This document shows, piece by piece, positions 1-12,010 of a DNA stretch of 64,000 bases (the stretch's first letter is position 1; every line of letters begins with the position of its first letter). Made by a program: the position numbers and the translations under genes. This DNA comes from Halocafeteria seosinensis (Eukaryota). Location of the stretch: assembly GCA_001687465.1 (NCBI GenBank), contig LVLI01000156.1, forward strand, positions 62,001-126,000. The letters run 5' to 3'. The notes beneath the pieces are model-generated. The model was not told the DNA's origin. It ran no database searches and saw only the letters and a program-made list of their open reading frames with translations.

Positions 1-757
1 ACTGCTCTCATAACGTTAACCCATCTCACAGCTTCTTCAGGAGTTTCCGCCCTAAACAGTCGATAGCGATCCCAACGTATGCTGAATTCGCACGTTGGTA
101 CTGCATTCAACAGCATCGTCAAGTTTCAAGTACTTAGCCTTGCTTAAGACATGATACGTTCGAGCGCCAATAGACATTCACCTACCTGTTCCCCCTTGAC
201 CGTCAGATTCCATTATAACCGCCGGATTTTGAGCCTGACGTGAATGAAAAGCGGAATGTATATATTCAAAAGTTCGTGTCTACTTGCTCTCGAGAGAATT
301 GCCCTTACTCTATTCAAATCCATTGCACATAGCATTTCTGGACTGTCATATCGTTTGTAATAGACAAAGTAATGTCCAACGATTTCGAACCAGCGTTTCT
401 GCCAGCGCTTTTGACTGCGGTTTCCCAAATGCACGAACAGCGTCACAAGCAGCCATTCAGGAGAGCATTCGTAAAACCTTGACAGACAAGAGAAGCGTAC
501 CTATTTTCTTTCTTTAAGTATCCTTTAATTGGTGCTTTATTGCGATCCTCCATTTCAGCCAAGCGAACAAGGTGACTTTTCGCACGCGGTGTGCTCTGTA
601 TCGACGACGCCCCGCTTCCAGCAACGGCCGCCTGCCTCCCTGTATTCCAGAGTGACGCGGAACCATGTAGTGACCATATAGAATCCGAATTCAGACGTAG
701 GGACCAATTAGGACCCTTTTACTCACCATTTCCGGATGCCGTCCCGTTGGTATTCAT
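1..757 (-). CDS. PH-domain protein, multi-exon, 3' end outside the window
   Basis: ATG at 757 with a GTGAGT donor at 726. Spliced reading gives IKGYLKK...KRWQKRWFEIVGHYFVYYK...FRAETPEEAVRWVNVM, matching the PH strands and the C-terminal helix with conserved W. Confidence 0.75.
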
Positions 758-1546
758 CGTATTAATGCTCTATTAAAGCTTCCACAGTCCCGATTCCAAT
801 CAATATCACTAAAACTGAGTCTCCTCTTGCGATTATCGAGGAGCACGGAGAAGATCCTAGTATGTAGACGCCGTAGAACTGCTTGAATAATCGATACACA
901 GCATTCCCATGCGCCGAGGGAGTAGGCGCTCCCTATGGGGACCCCTTCAAGATAACTACAAAAAAGGTCCCTTCGATTCGTACTGCACACGACAATACGA
1001 CGCTGAATCAATACCCGACTACAAGATACAGTCACCCGTGGAGAAATTCAGGGTATGTGCTCTGCCATACAACAAGTGGGCTCTGTTGATTCTCACTGTC
1101 AGAAAACTGGATTCTCCGGCGAGTTCTGCGTCTTCGTTTCGGGTGGTTTCGGGCCGGAAGAGACCCGAATACCCGAACTCATTCCACGCATCGAAGGCAA
1201 CGTGTCCACAAACACAGCACGTAGGTTACGTAACAAAGGAGAGAATTGGGATTCTTAACACTTGCAAGTCGTGGAATTCTCCTTGTCTTTGGTTCCGTCA
1301 CAGATATGAGAAGATAGAAGCGCGTCAGGAGCGGGTAGACAGCTGCCGTTATTGACGACATACCATTACCTGCATTGAAACTGAGAGAGAGTCCCAGCGC
1401 ATGCGTTTCTGGCATAACTGTAGTTACTGTTGCATCGGCGAGGCAGCGCTTCGTTCGTGGTCGTGCAGGTAGCTCAACTCCCGCAGGCTGCAGGAAAAAC
1501 CAATTAAGACACACTCGGCTCGAAGAGCCGTAAGCGAACGGTAACA

Positions 1547-2431
1547 ATGGATCAGAAAATAATGACAGATATACAGCGCTTGGGGCTTCGTAGTCCCTCG
1601 AATGCGTCCCCTAGGAGGTCGAGCTCGAGAGCTGTTTCGCGAGGGAGGACCCCTCGAACGGACTACTACCAAGACGAACCCAAAGTTAGGCGAAGTAGAT
1701 CCAGCAGACGAAGTGATTCGAGAATGAGAAGTGGCATGAATGGGGAACAATATTCGTACTCAGCGGAGCGAAGGATTGCTTCAAAAGATAGCAATGAGAG
1801 CGTAGAGAAGAGCTTAGACGGAGAACTTCAGGGCAACCGTTTGATTGAAAACATGAGAGAAAGAATAAAGCAGCTAGAGAACACTCTAGCTGACACGACG
1901 TACCAAGTAAGCCTATCTGTCTGAATAAGCTTGGTGATATGTCATTTAGGCATGCGTCCATTTGTTTGCGATGCAGCTCTCCACACTTGTAGCGACAAAC
2001 GCAACTAATCCGATTGGATACTATACTGTCACCTTTGACGTAGGGGTAAGTAAGGCGGTCTCTGTTCTGTGCACCACATCAGCCATTGGAGAAAACATTG
2101 TTGATATTCTGATCAAAAAATATCCCAGGAGGCCATTGGTATGATCGTGGTACTAGATGAACACAAGCGAGTAGTTGTCGGGGAACTGCGAGATTCTCCG
2201 CAAGGCAAACCTCTGGCTGCCAAAGCCTCGGGAATGATACAAGTTGGAGATATAGTCGTTGGTAAGTTAATTGGTATTTTAGAAGTGTTTCTGCTCTATT
2301 TCCGCTGTTTCTGGTTCGTCGCAGCTATTAATGAGAGGAACTTATGTCGCCATTCCTCCTTGGAGTCTGTCTCCGAGGATTTCAAGAATTCCAGACGTCC
2401 CGCAAGGGTTCTATTCAAACGTTCCAACTAG
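1547..2431 (+). CDS. Coiled-coil plus PDZ-like domain protein (5' end uncertain; upstream exons from about 880 possible)
   Basis: Coiled coil (LIENMRERIKQLENTL) followed by YYTVTFD/GAIGMIVV...AAKASGMIQVGDIVVAINERNL...RPARVLFKR, a PDZ pattern. GT-AG introns, e.g. 2262-2324. Confidence 0.6.
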
Positions 2432-2669
2432 TCTGTCAAAGCCATGAAAATAATCGGCTACTGTGGCACGGAGTTTAGATTAGTTGACAATAGTTGCTGT
2501 ACAATTACGAGTATGTACCACAGTACTTCACACTCTCCTGGAGCAACTTCACAACGAGCTTCATAGAAACAGTCGAAATAATTACATTGTGTCGATAATT
2601 TTGTAAATTCCACTTGGTAATCGTCTCGATAATCGTAGTAGATTCTATACAGGGGGAGGGGGGATCAGC

Positions 2670-3309
2670 ATGGGTGGTAAAAAGCGAATGAGAGGCCCAC
2701 CGGCAGACTCCACCCAGGAAGTTGACGACAAGAAGAGCTCATTGGCCACCTCATCTGCAACCGATGCCTCAGCTAAGCCCCTTATATCAAGTGCAGTAGA
2801 TTCTATGGCAACTTCGAATGGTACAGCTAACGTTAAAATAAAAAAGAAGAAAAGGAAAAAGAAAAAATCGGAGAATGGAGACCAATCACAGAGTCAACAT
2901 GATACGCAAATCGGGCATAAGAGCGAAGCAAATCCTTCCGCTGCGTCACTTTCCATAGATGATATCTTTGACGGGGTCAAACGAGCAAAGAAAGCGTCCG
3001 AAGAGAAAGAAAGGACAGCTAAGGTAAGTTGAATAAAGCAATACACTTCCAGGAGCCTCAGCATCGGTCATGCGTCTTTTTTTGCAGAAGCACAAAGAGA
3101 AAACGCAGAATGACGAACAGCTGCAGCGACGCATTGAGGAGCTTGAAAAGCATGGTAGAGCTGCGAACCGGGGCGGTAACACGCACGATCCTAAACCTGT
3201 TCGTTTTGATTCAGAACTCGGGATGAATATATATTCCGAAGAGTCCTTACGGATCAACAAAGGTGGCGGTACATCATTATGTCCATTCGATTGCTCCTGC
3301 TGTTACTGA
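2670..3309 (+). CDS. DUF1764-like eukaryotic protein
   Basis: Lys-rich N-terminus, IDDIF motif and C-terminal G.NIYSEESLRINKGGGTSLCPFDCSCCY. One intron at about 3024-3088. Confidence 0.8.
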
Positions 3310-3455
3310 TCGTTTTGAGAATTACCGAGATTGGTCTTTGAATGAGTTCAGGAGATAGCCTACAGTTTCAAAGAACAGCTGATGGCATCGTACTAATGTC
3401 GAAATATGAACCAGAGAAGCAATATATGCATTTCTTGTAATACCTAGAAACACAC

Positions 3456-4185
3456 TTAAATTCTTTCAGCTAGGGATTCTGCGGATGATACGGTCACTTC
3501 ACCAGGATTGGATTCGGTACTGATATCTTTTACAGAGCCATCGTCAATGAGACCTGCGAAGCGTTTGCAGCGTTTGCCCAAAGCTCCCACTGAAAGATCG
3601 ATCTCTTGATCGAGCGCTCGAGTCAGTGAACCATCCCAGTCGGCGATAATGCTCACTTTATCTCCAGCGTTCTGCATAAACAATGCACAAGTACAGTATT
3701 GAAAGGCGGGTGTAGACTCTGCAGAGCCGGTTTCAACGTACCACATGGTTCGCCCATGCCTTTGAAACCTCTGGATCATTCACGGTCAGGCAGATAATTT
3801 CATCTACACCCTGCATATGCGTCGAATTTCAATAAGCATTGATGCCATTACTCCATGACCTTCTGTGGCAGGAAGCGCACGTGTACGCGGCACCTACTTT
3901 GGATTTCAACTTGTCCGCATTCTGTATGAAGCCTGGGAGATGAGATGCAGTGCATACACCAGTAAAAGCACCGGGCACTCCAAAAAGGGCAACCTGTGCG
4001 AAAAGAAAGAAGGATGGGCATCTTCCAAGATTCCACCTGCGGCACTTTGTTCTACAGCCATGACGTCATACCTTCCGTCCTTTGAACAGCTTGGCTAAGC
4101 TTTCATCAGAGACTTCGCCATTTCGGACGACCTTTACCGTGAGGTCATTCCCTTGTAGGATGGAAGATCCAACAGAGATCGTCAT
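3456..4185 (-). CDS. Type II (PRDX5/PrxII-like) peroxiredoxin, 4 exons
   Basis: Spliced: MTISVG...VALFGVPGAFTGVCTASHLPGF...ICLTVNDP...IADWDG...LGKRCKRFA. Peroxidatic Cys motif and conserved Arg are present. Confidence 0.9.
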
Positions 4186-4612
4186 TTTTTACGCTCTGAA
4201 GTTACTGTATCCGCTGGAAGTACAAAAGATACCGTAATACATCCTGCATAAACTGTGCATGCTTGCACGAAAATCACTCACTTCAAACAATAGGTAAATT
4301 AATGAAAAATCAATCGCTCCGTCTTCGCCTTTTGACAATTCTATCGGCTACCATACACTCATATTTCCTGGCAGCAGTTCTGCCGCAGAGGGATCTTCAA
4401 CCAAGAGCACGTCACACTGACCGTCACAGACACTCAGATATGGTATAGATCAAATACCGGTAGGCATAGCCATTCTTATAGTGCTAAATTAACGCTAACT
4501 ACGTGTGGCGCTGTGCATTTTTCGCAGAACAGACGACTCAGTAACCAAAACGAGCGTTGTATATTGAATCTCTACTTTACGCGGGAAAAGAGCCGGGAGA
4601 TAGATGTGTAGC

Positions 4613-5652
4613 TCACTCGTCGGCCCAGACATTGACTCCGGGACGTCTGCTTGTTTCGAAATTTCCGGCCGTGATCACATTTTGTCTTCCCGGAGCTCTC
4701 CAAGCTGCAGTACGCGCACCTGGTACGTTACCTTCCGCGCGTACTCGTGTATCAGCAGATGCACCCTGCAACCAACACTTAATCCAACAGAGTTTCTGGA
4801 CATACAAGTTACCCTCGAGGATCAACATACCGTAATTTGTAGCGACGCCTCTTTGGCCTCGCGTGGTTGAGGTGCTCTCCCTTGTTCCTTCTCTTCCAAA
4901 GCGCGCAGTCCAGGGTCGCCCCAAGGTACCCATGATCGTTGCGGCACTGTTTGTGTTTTTGGATCTCCTGTCTTCTTAAATCTTTCCCCAATGGCTGCAG
5001 GTACGCGAAACACAGTGTTATGTACAGTCCCAACCAGCATGTTTAGTAGAACTGCAACCCACCTCCAGATCCTCCCATTCCTTTCTCTTCTCTAGAACCA
5101 GCAGGTCCACCTGCCGGAGGCATGTTTGCACTATGTTCAGCCAAGTATTCCAAATGGGTCGGTTTGCCACTTCCACCAAAGCTCTGGCGCATTGTTGTTT
5201 GGAAATGGTCGTCTTCAATTTCTTTCTCTTCAGCGCGAGGGATAACAGTGCCGAAGTTCTCTCCAGACGGCACTACTTTTTGGCTCTGTTTGTACGCATA
5301 CTGTGCTTGTGGAAATGTGTCTGCCGTCACCATGCCAAAGCGTGGTGGCTGCTCCTTCTGCGTTGCTCGCCGCGACGGTAAAGCAAAATCCTGCTTATTT
5401 ACTGTTGTCTTCTCCCTCTGCGTCATTAACGGGGGAGGATAAGACCGACAAAGCCACGGAAGCACTAGAACCCTTCTTCACTTACAAATCCATAATCCGG
5501 ATACACTCTTCCACTGCTTGATCCTTCTTGCTGCTGGTCCTCGAACCAGTTACCTGCGTCGCATGTTGCTATACCAGTAAGGCAGCTAATGTGCATGTTA
5601 TCCACCTTCTACACTTACCTAAAAGAGTGGATTTATTATAGTGTCTCGACAT
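4613..5652 (-). CDS. Putative ciliary microtubule inner protein with N-terminal NWE-type motif, about 5 exons
   Basis: Exon 1 (5652-5619) spliced to exon 2 gives MSRHYNKSTLLGNWFEDQ, resembling the GNWxE motif of CFAP68/95/107/161-type proteins. Later exons give FQTTMRQSF and QRSWVPWGDP; the protein ends GVNVWADE-TGA. Confidence 0.6.
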
Positions 5653-6061
5653 GTCTGTATTCGTTTACTGTTAGCTTCACGTTCCCACTACTGTCGTCAT
5701 TCTATCCTCTACATCCACGGATTTTTTCAGGTCATGTATAGCGCCCCCTAGCTAGCAATTTTCATACCAACTCAGAACTTAAGTCATCATCTTGATTCTT
5801 GAAAGTGGCGCTTTTCGTGTAGAGAAGCTGTTAACGGCTTTCCTCAAGCCCATCTTCACAGATGCAACACGTCGACGACTCGGTCGCAACTGTGGATAAA
5901 TGATGATCTACAGTGATTGTGAGACATGCCTGGCGCATACCTGCACGACACCGATAGGTATGATTCTCTATGCGCGTGTATTCAGCAGTGCTAGAGGTAC
6001 TCTCCTGCGAAGAATCAAGAGACGTCCCCGGAGGAAGTCAACACTGGCATTTTCCAACGAT

Positions 6062-7640
6062 ATGGAGCATCTATACCGAGAACTGCAACACTGTAGGAAT
6101 TTGCGGCTGGACGATTCGGGAGAAACGGCGCGCATGCAGTTTGCATTGAAAACTATCAACGCCACGCCATCTCTCCCATCGTGTACGTGTTGACGCCTCC
6201 ATACTAAAAGCGTGTAACACAGCTCAATTCGAATGGATGTGTTCCAACAGATTTCCACAGAGAAGTCTTCGTTCATACCGAACATTGCTATAACGAGGTA
6301 CGTAAATAGTGGTCTGAGTTTGTGGTCGCGAAGTCACACATCAAGATTCTTGGTCTCAGCAAGTCGACAAGGGTGACACGGCTGTATCTAAGCAGAATGC
6401 CATCCTAGCTGCCAAAGAGGCATACAAGAATGCCCACATAGCAGGCAGTGAACTTTCCTTGCAGGAAATGCATAAAAATCAACAGGGCTCTCCTCCTGTC
6501 TTTGGGTGCGGTGTTGGTGTTTGTGCCACGGATGTGGACCCTAATAACTACGCTGTAGCTGTACTAAGCTCCTTCCTGATGCGGAGCTACAGTATCACAT
6601 TGAAAAGTGGTCGTGAAGGAGATCACAGTGACGATTCCAGTATCGTTGCGGAGTGGCTTATCCATGCCCTCATCTCCAACTGCAGCGATTTGAGCGATCA
6701 GAGACCTTGGGCAGATCCATACAAGCCAAGCGGGGGCGTTACTATGGCTTCAGTTTCGGAGGAAGGCACGGAGTCACAGGTTGACAGCATTGCCTCAAGA
6801 GAAGGAATAATACTCTACCGACCTTTCGATCTGCCTATGAGTTCTTCAGGCGACGATAGTCACATTACAGAACAAGCCGTTTTGTTCAATCCACATCCGG
6901 AAGAAAAACACTTGCCTGTTCCTTTCTTCAACAGTGGAGTGCCATGGCCTTCTATCGTTGTCCCGGGCTCATTCAACCCCTTTCATATTGGGCATTCTCT
7001 TTTAGTAACTGCTACACAGCGATTCCTGAGTGACTGTGGAGCACCATTGGCGGACTCGAAACAGAAAGATCGCGTCATATTTGAACTGTCAGCTACTAAC
7101 GTGGACAAACCACCACTGGGGTGGGATGGACTGATGCAAAGAGTTCGTCAGTTTGCCTTTCGAAATGAACGATCGCGCTGTGTACTCCACGGATCAGGAC
7201 TGCAACGCCCCGAAACTGATGATGACACAGTTTGGCCAGTGCTTGTTACAGCAGCACCAAGGTTCATTGAAAAAGCCAGGCTGCTTCCTAATTGCTACTT
7301 TGTTGTGGGGTATGACACTGCCGAACGCTTAATAAACCCAAAATACTATGACAATTCCAGAGACGAAATGATTGGAGCTTTGATCGAAATGCGTCGGTTG
7401 GGGTGTCGATTTATCGTCGCTGCCCGCGCAGCGGACGCCAGCAAAGAGCTTGAGTGTTTCATTGAGGCAGATGGCTCAGTAAGTGTGGAAACGAGCTCCT
7501 CCCATAAAGATTGCTTGACGCTCGCTGATCTGGCTAACGACATACCTCCATGTGCCCGTGAGTTATTTATTGAGTTGCCTATTTCGTACTACAAGTTGGA
7601 TTTATCATCTAGCGCACTACGGAAAGCTTTGAAACGGTAG
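6062..7640 (+). CDS. Nucleotidyltransferase (HIGH-motif, cytidylyltransferase/NMNAT-like) with N-terminal extension
   Basis: PGSFNPFHIGH, ELSATNVDKPPL, RFIEKA..LP...FVVGYDTAERLINPKYY and the terminal LSSSALRK. The 5' exons are inferred. Confidence 0.8.
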
Positions 7641-8524
7641 AGCCTTGTCTAACAAGATGTGACAGGAACTCGGAATACGCCGGTTCTGAGAAAGTAAAAC
7701 CAGCACATTGCAACTACATTAGTTCCTCCGGCAAGTTACCGACAGATCGGTGCTCACCGAATGAGAAAAAGTGGTGAACTACTTTGTGAATGACCACTGG
7801 AATACTAAGTCTGCGACGAGGAATTCCCGGTACCTACCCTTCGAACGTATTGTCGATGTCTAGACTATGTTTTATTCGGGTTAGCAAAACATTGTTATGC
7901 GCTGCGTACTGCACTCAATGTGTCATATGGGAATATTAGTACTTGTAATGCGTAATTCTTCACGATGCGCCCCCACCGTATTACGCTAGTACTACGGGAG
8001 CAAGGCACCATATTACTGTGGTGTTACTACAAGTTGCCCGATTAAACAGTGCAACAAAATTGTAATTGTTAGGTCTTTCTTTCAATTTAGAAAGATAATC
8101 AACGAAGTATCAGAGTGATAATATATCCAGGAAGCAACCTGTCTTCAACTCTCGGGTCCTGTTAGCTTCCACATCTGTAAGAATACAGGTAGCTGTACGC
8201 AGCAGTACAGACTAGCTGTCGAGCTTTGCCCAGATACCCCAGCCCTTTGCGCATGTTGCTCGTCTGCAAGGGTAAGTGCTTTTGAATATGAAAGCTGCTA
8301 ATTAAACTTTACTTTAACCTTGGCTAGATGGTATTGCAGACGAAGTTACAAAGTGATTACGAATCTGGAAGCGTAGTACTCGAACCTGAAAACATGTCGA
8401 ATCCCAGTAGTGCTCCATTCGATTTACAGAAGAGCATAGTTGGAAGGAGACTAAGTAGCATAGCCACTGTTGTGTATGGACTGCTTGGTCGTTCAGCCGA
8501 CTACGAGTATGGCCATACTACACC

Positions 8525-8966
8525 CAGCAAGCTCAGCTTGAAGTACCATCCGTTCAGCCAGGACTTCCATAAATCGATTCATCTCGACATACTGAGATGC
8601 AGAGAGCGCAGCCAGCACAGATAAACAAGTTCTCCTACGGAGGCAATGATGCTACTTCAAATGAAAGTGTTACAGCGTAACATCCAACAACTTGCAACAA
8701 GCTCCAACGGAGGACCTTCACACACTTGTTCGCACTGGATCTGTCTTGGACCGACGCAAAAGAGTAGATGATTCGGGAAATCATAATGTCTTTCTTAGGA
8801 TACCAGTACTTTATGTACGTTCCATATCGGTAGGAGATCTGCTAGCAATGAAGACTGCTTGCTACTTGCATAGAATGCAAACGAATCATCAATCCCGTCT
8901 CCCGGTCTCCACAAATAGAAGGCAATCACGCATGCTATGCATATTCCAGAGTATATTTAATCAGTT
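8525..8966 (+). pseudogene. Possible decayed F-box-like gene relic
   Basis: The frame from 8525 reads ...LFALDLSWTDAKE*MIREIIMSFLGYQYFMYVPYR*EIC*Q*RLLA, which resembles the F-box EI..IxSFL...VCKxWR pattern. It has six in-frame stops, so support is weak. Confidence 0.25.
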
Positions 8967-9228
8967 AATACACCAACCACTTAACGGTTTCCCAACTCAG
9001 CCACTATAATATATAAATATATACCGTTGTGCGGGTGTCTTGCCTTTGTGAAGCTGAAATGCAACCCCGTCAAATACGCAATGACCAAATCGACGGTGTT
9101 TGAAGATGGTTCCGTCATGTGGCCCGTATTATTCTGGTCCCCAGTGGTAGTAATGTGAACCTGCGTGGTGAACGCTTCTTGGTGGTGATGGAGTGATCTT
9201 CTTTTGTGGAAAGCGGCAAAGTGTCCGA

Positions 9229-11484
9229 ATGATGCGCGGTATGAAATACTTCGTGGTAACCGTGTCACTGCTACTGGTTGGCATGGTATATACTATGACC
9301 GCTCTGTTTAGATCCAGAACGGTCCATCATCCGAGTGTTGTGGTGGATCCGAGGACTCGAATTCCCACCGTCTCCAGTGCTGGTGGGTCGGAACCTCACG
9401 CCCTTCCGAAACTGTACCCACCCCGACATATTCGGCGAAGCCCAGTGCAAACCATTCCTGCTCAGATTGTGAGCAGTATGCACAGTGATGACCACCAATA
9501 CAATGCTATAATTCGAGGATATCTCACGCCAATGTGCTTGGAGTTTAGAAACGAAAATATAGTGAAAAGTAGCATCGAACTGTTGTTACTTCTCACCGCA
9601 GCAAACGACACTTCCACCGACTACGAGAGTTCCAAAATGCATGTCAAGCATGGCCGTTCATGCTTCACTCTGCGAGGAAATATACCTGCCGGGATTTTCC
9701 GAGTCAACACCCTCATCTTTCAAGGGGATAAGAAAATCTACGAGCAGAGTATGTCTGTCATTGACGTTCACTGCAACGCCACTCTTCCCAAATCCAAGTC
9801 GAGAGTACGCGCACATGCGGTTGTTTGCGTGAATGAGTCTACAAAATTGCTGCATGATATAGAAGTAGAAGAAGGTGTTATCTTTTTGACAAACCCGAGA
9901 GCCCACCTGACCATCGAAGCATCACAGCTAACTCTCCTGGGAACTGCTGAAGCCCCAATTGTTTTCACTCGAGGCTCCGGAGCACTCCAAGAGACTACTG
10001 GTAGTTTGCTTGTATGTTTGGATAGCACTCTAATCTTCCACAACGTTTGGGTAGGTCTTGAAGGGAATGGTGCGAAGGCACTTCTTGATCTTAATCGCAG
10101 CAGTCTTTCGTGGATCTATGGAGGTGCCCTGGTGTCCCAACCAACGTTGCACGCTCAAAGAAGCAAACTCATATTTTCTAACTGGGGAATCTTTGGAAAA
10201 CTTCGCAAAGGAACTAGCTCCGTCGTGATAAAGAATTCATCGCTTTGGGTACAGAGTGCTCAAATAGACATCAGTCTCGGAAGGGCCAACTCAACCGGGA
10301 AGGAACATGATTTGTCTGTGGGGATACAGCCAGTATTTGCTATCGAAGGCGTACTCAACGCTGCTGCCGAAATCTATTTCAGACGCAGCATTTTTGACGG
10401 GACGGAGTTGCCCTTAGTGGTTCTCTCGAACGTGCAGCGAGTGTACTTCGAATGCTGTGCTCTTCCAGGGAGCGTTGATTATCCCACTATCGAACTTGCT
10501 TCTAACTCTCTTATGAAGTATCGAAAAATCTTAGGAAGCTTTCAAATCAGTGGTGAACTAGTTTCAGCAAAATCTGTTGGCGGATGGGCCGTGTCAAGCA
10601 CGCACAAATATGTCAAAGGATCTTCAGAGGACTTTGCGGGTAACGAAAATTCGAAATCAACCTGCAATATTCCTCTTTCTGTTTCATTCTGGAGCTTTTG
10701 GCCAAAGTGTCCCAAGCCACAAAAATTAGTCGGAGCTGGTGGATATCATAAGACGTACGTATTTCCTAGCGAGCATGGTATGCTTGCTTTAAGGACAATC
10801 AGCCAGTGGAATGTTGGAAATCGACCATTTGAAACGGTGGATTTTGATAGTTGGAAGTGGAGGCTCATTCGGGTCCAGAACATGGCTATCAAACACACTC
10901 GTCTGGCTAAAGTGGAAAGCTACTGTCTCCGAGAACATCACCGCGAGCATGCTCCAATCATGGAACTGGTTCATGGACGAGATTTTAGCTCCGCCGTGTT
11001 TTTAGCAATGCGGAAGTTCCCTGTAAGAGATGTTCTGAAGGTTGTCATCGATGTTACTATGGGGATTGCATACTTTCACGAGGCGAACCCAATTGGAAGA
11101 TTCCACTTTCAGGATTTTGCACCTAGCCCGTTGGGTGACAGACACTTCGTAAATAACGTAAGAGTGGACCCAATAGGCATTGTGGCAAAACTGTTTGATT
11201 ACGATGGACAGATGAGCGGTCGTTCGAAACCGGATCGCCTGCGTGAAAATGTATATTCCCTCGGATTCATGATGGCTGAGGCGTTCGGAAGCAACGGAAA
11301 GAAGGAGCCAATACTGGAACATGATTTGCCGCGGAGGTTAGACGACGTTTGCCGAAGAGTTCCGAAGTACTGTAGGCTCATGTTTCGATGTATTGATAGA
11401 AAACGTTTCCCAGACTTGAGTAGTTTGGAAGTTCTGTCCAACCTCTCAGCAATAGCCGCAGCTAACTATCATACTAATGTCTAG
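9229..11484 (+). CDS. Type II membrane protein with beta-rich lumenal region and C-terminal atypical kinase domain (PKDCC/POMK-like)
   Basis: Intronless ORF. N-terminal hydrophobic anchor (YFVVTVSLLLVGMVYTMTALF), Gly-loop VGAGGYHKTY, IMELVHG, YFHEANPIGRFHFQDF, KLFDYDG and NVYSLG. Confidence 0.65.
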   Translation: MMRGMKYFVVTVSLLLVGMVYTMTALFRSRTVHHPSVVVDPRTRIPTVSSAGGSEPHALPKLYPPRHIRRSPVQTIPAQIVSSMHSDDHQYNAIIRGYLTPMCLEFRNENIVKSSIELLLLLTAANDTSTDYESSKMHVKHGRSCFTLRGNIPAGIFRVNTLIFQGDKKIYEQSMSVIDVHCNATLPKSKSRVRAHAVVCVNESTKLLHDIEVEEGVIFLTNPRAHLTIEASQLTLLGTAEAPIVFTRGSGALQETTGSLLVCLDSTLIFHNVWVGLEGNGAKALLDLNRSSLSWIYGGALVSQPTLHAQRSKLIFSNWGIFGKLRKGTSSVVIKNSSLWVQSAQIDISLGRANSTGKEHDLSVGIQPVFAIEGVLNAAAEIYFRRSIFDGTELPLVVLSNVQRVYFECCALPGSVDYPTIELASNSLMKYRKILGSFQISGELVSAKSVGGWAVSSTHKYVKGSSEDFAGNENSKSTCNIPLSVSFWSFWPKCPKPQKLVGAGGYHKTYVFPSEHGMLALRTISQWNVGNRPFETVDFDSWKWRLIRVQNMAIKHTRLAKVESYCLREHHREHAPIMELVHGRDFSSAVFLAMRKFPVRDVLKVVIDVTMGIAYFHEANPIGRFHFQDFAPSPLGDRHFVNNVRVDPIGIVAKLFDYDGQMSGRSKPDRLRENVYSLGFMMAEAFGSNGKKEPILEHDLPRRLDDVCRRVPKYCRLMFRCIDRKRFPDLSSLEVLSNLSAIAAANYHTNV

Positions 11485-12010
11485 GCGATGACACTACGAA
11501 GCTACTACACCCGACGAACACGTATTGCTTCCGAAGGCTGCTTCATGTTGCCCCTGTACCAAGCTGATCCTGTTACCTGTTTCTTCAAACCCAATCACGC
11601 GCCGTACGTAGAAACGCGGACATCGGAATCGCACAAGGTGCACTGCTTCTAATGCAGTATGTGAGGAGTCTTGTCGGCCGTCGGCCGTGGCCAATGAGCG
11701 TATGGAACCGAAAGAGCGCACAGCAACGGAGTACCAACCGGTAAATGTCCTTCCTTGGGAAGAACGCTATTAATGTCTAATGTTTTGTTGAAATTGTCTT
11801 TGTATCGCCTTCACCAATGAATGAATGCAAAAGTTAACTTTGATACGGCCTCCAGTAGTATATATACTTCAGTCCGCACTCCACGCGTCGGCTTACGGTT
11901 GAACTTCCAGCTAGAGTCTACTGAGACAATTCTTGCCTGGTTTGTTCCAGCATCGGGTAAATAATCGTTTTGTTTCTTAGTTCACTTCATCCGGCTTGTT
12001 GTGTACAGAA

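Noticed and set aside
883..1470. Independent gene between the PH and PDZ genes
   Set aside because: Splice-like signals exist, but I could not build a consistent reading frame. These may be 5' exons of the PDZ gene.
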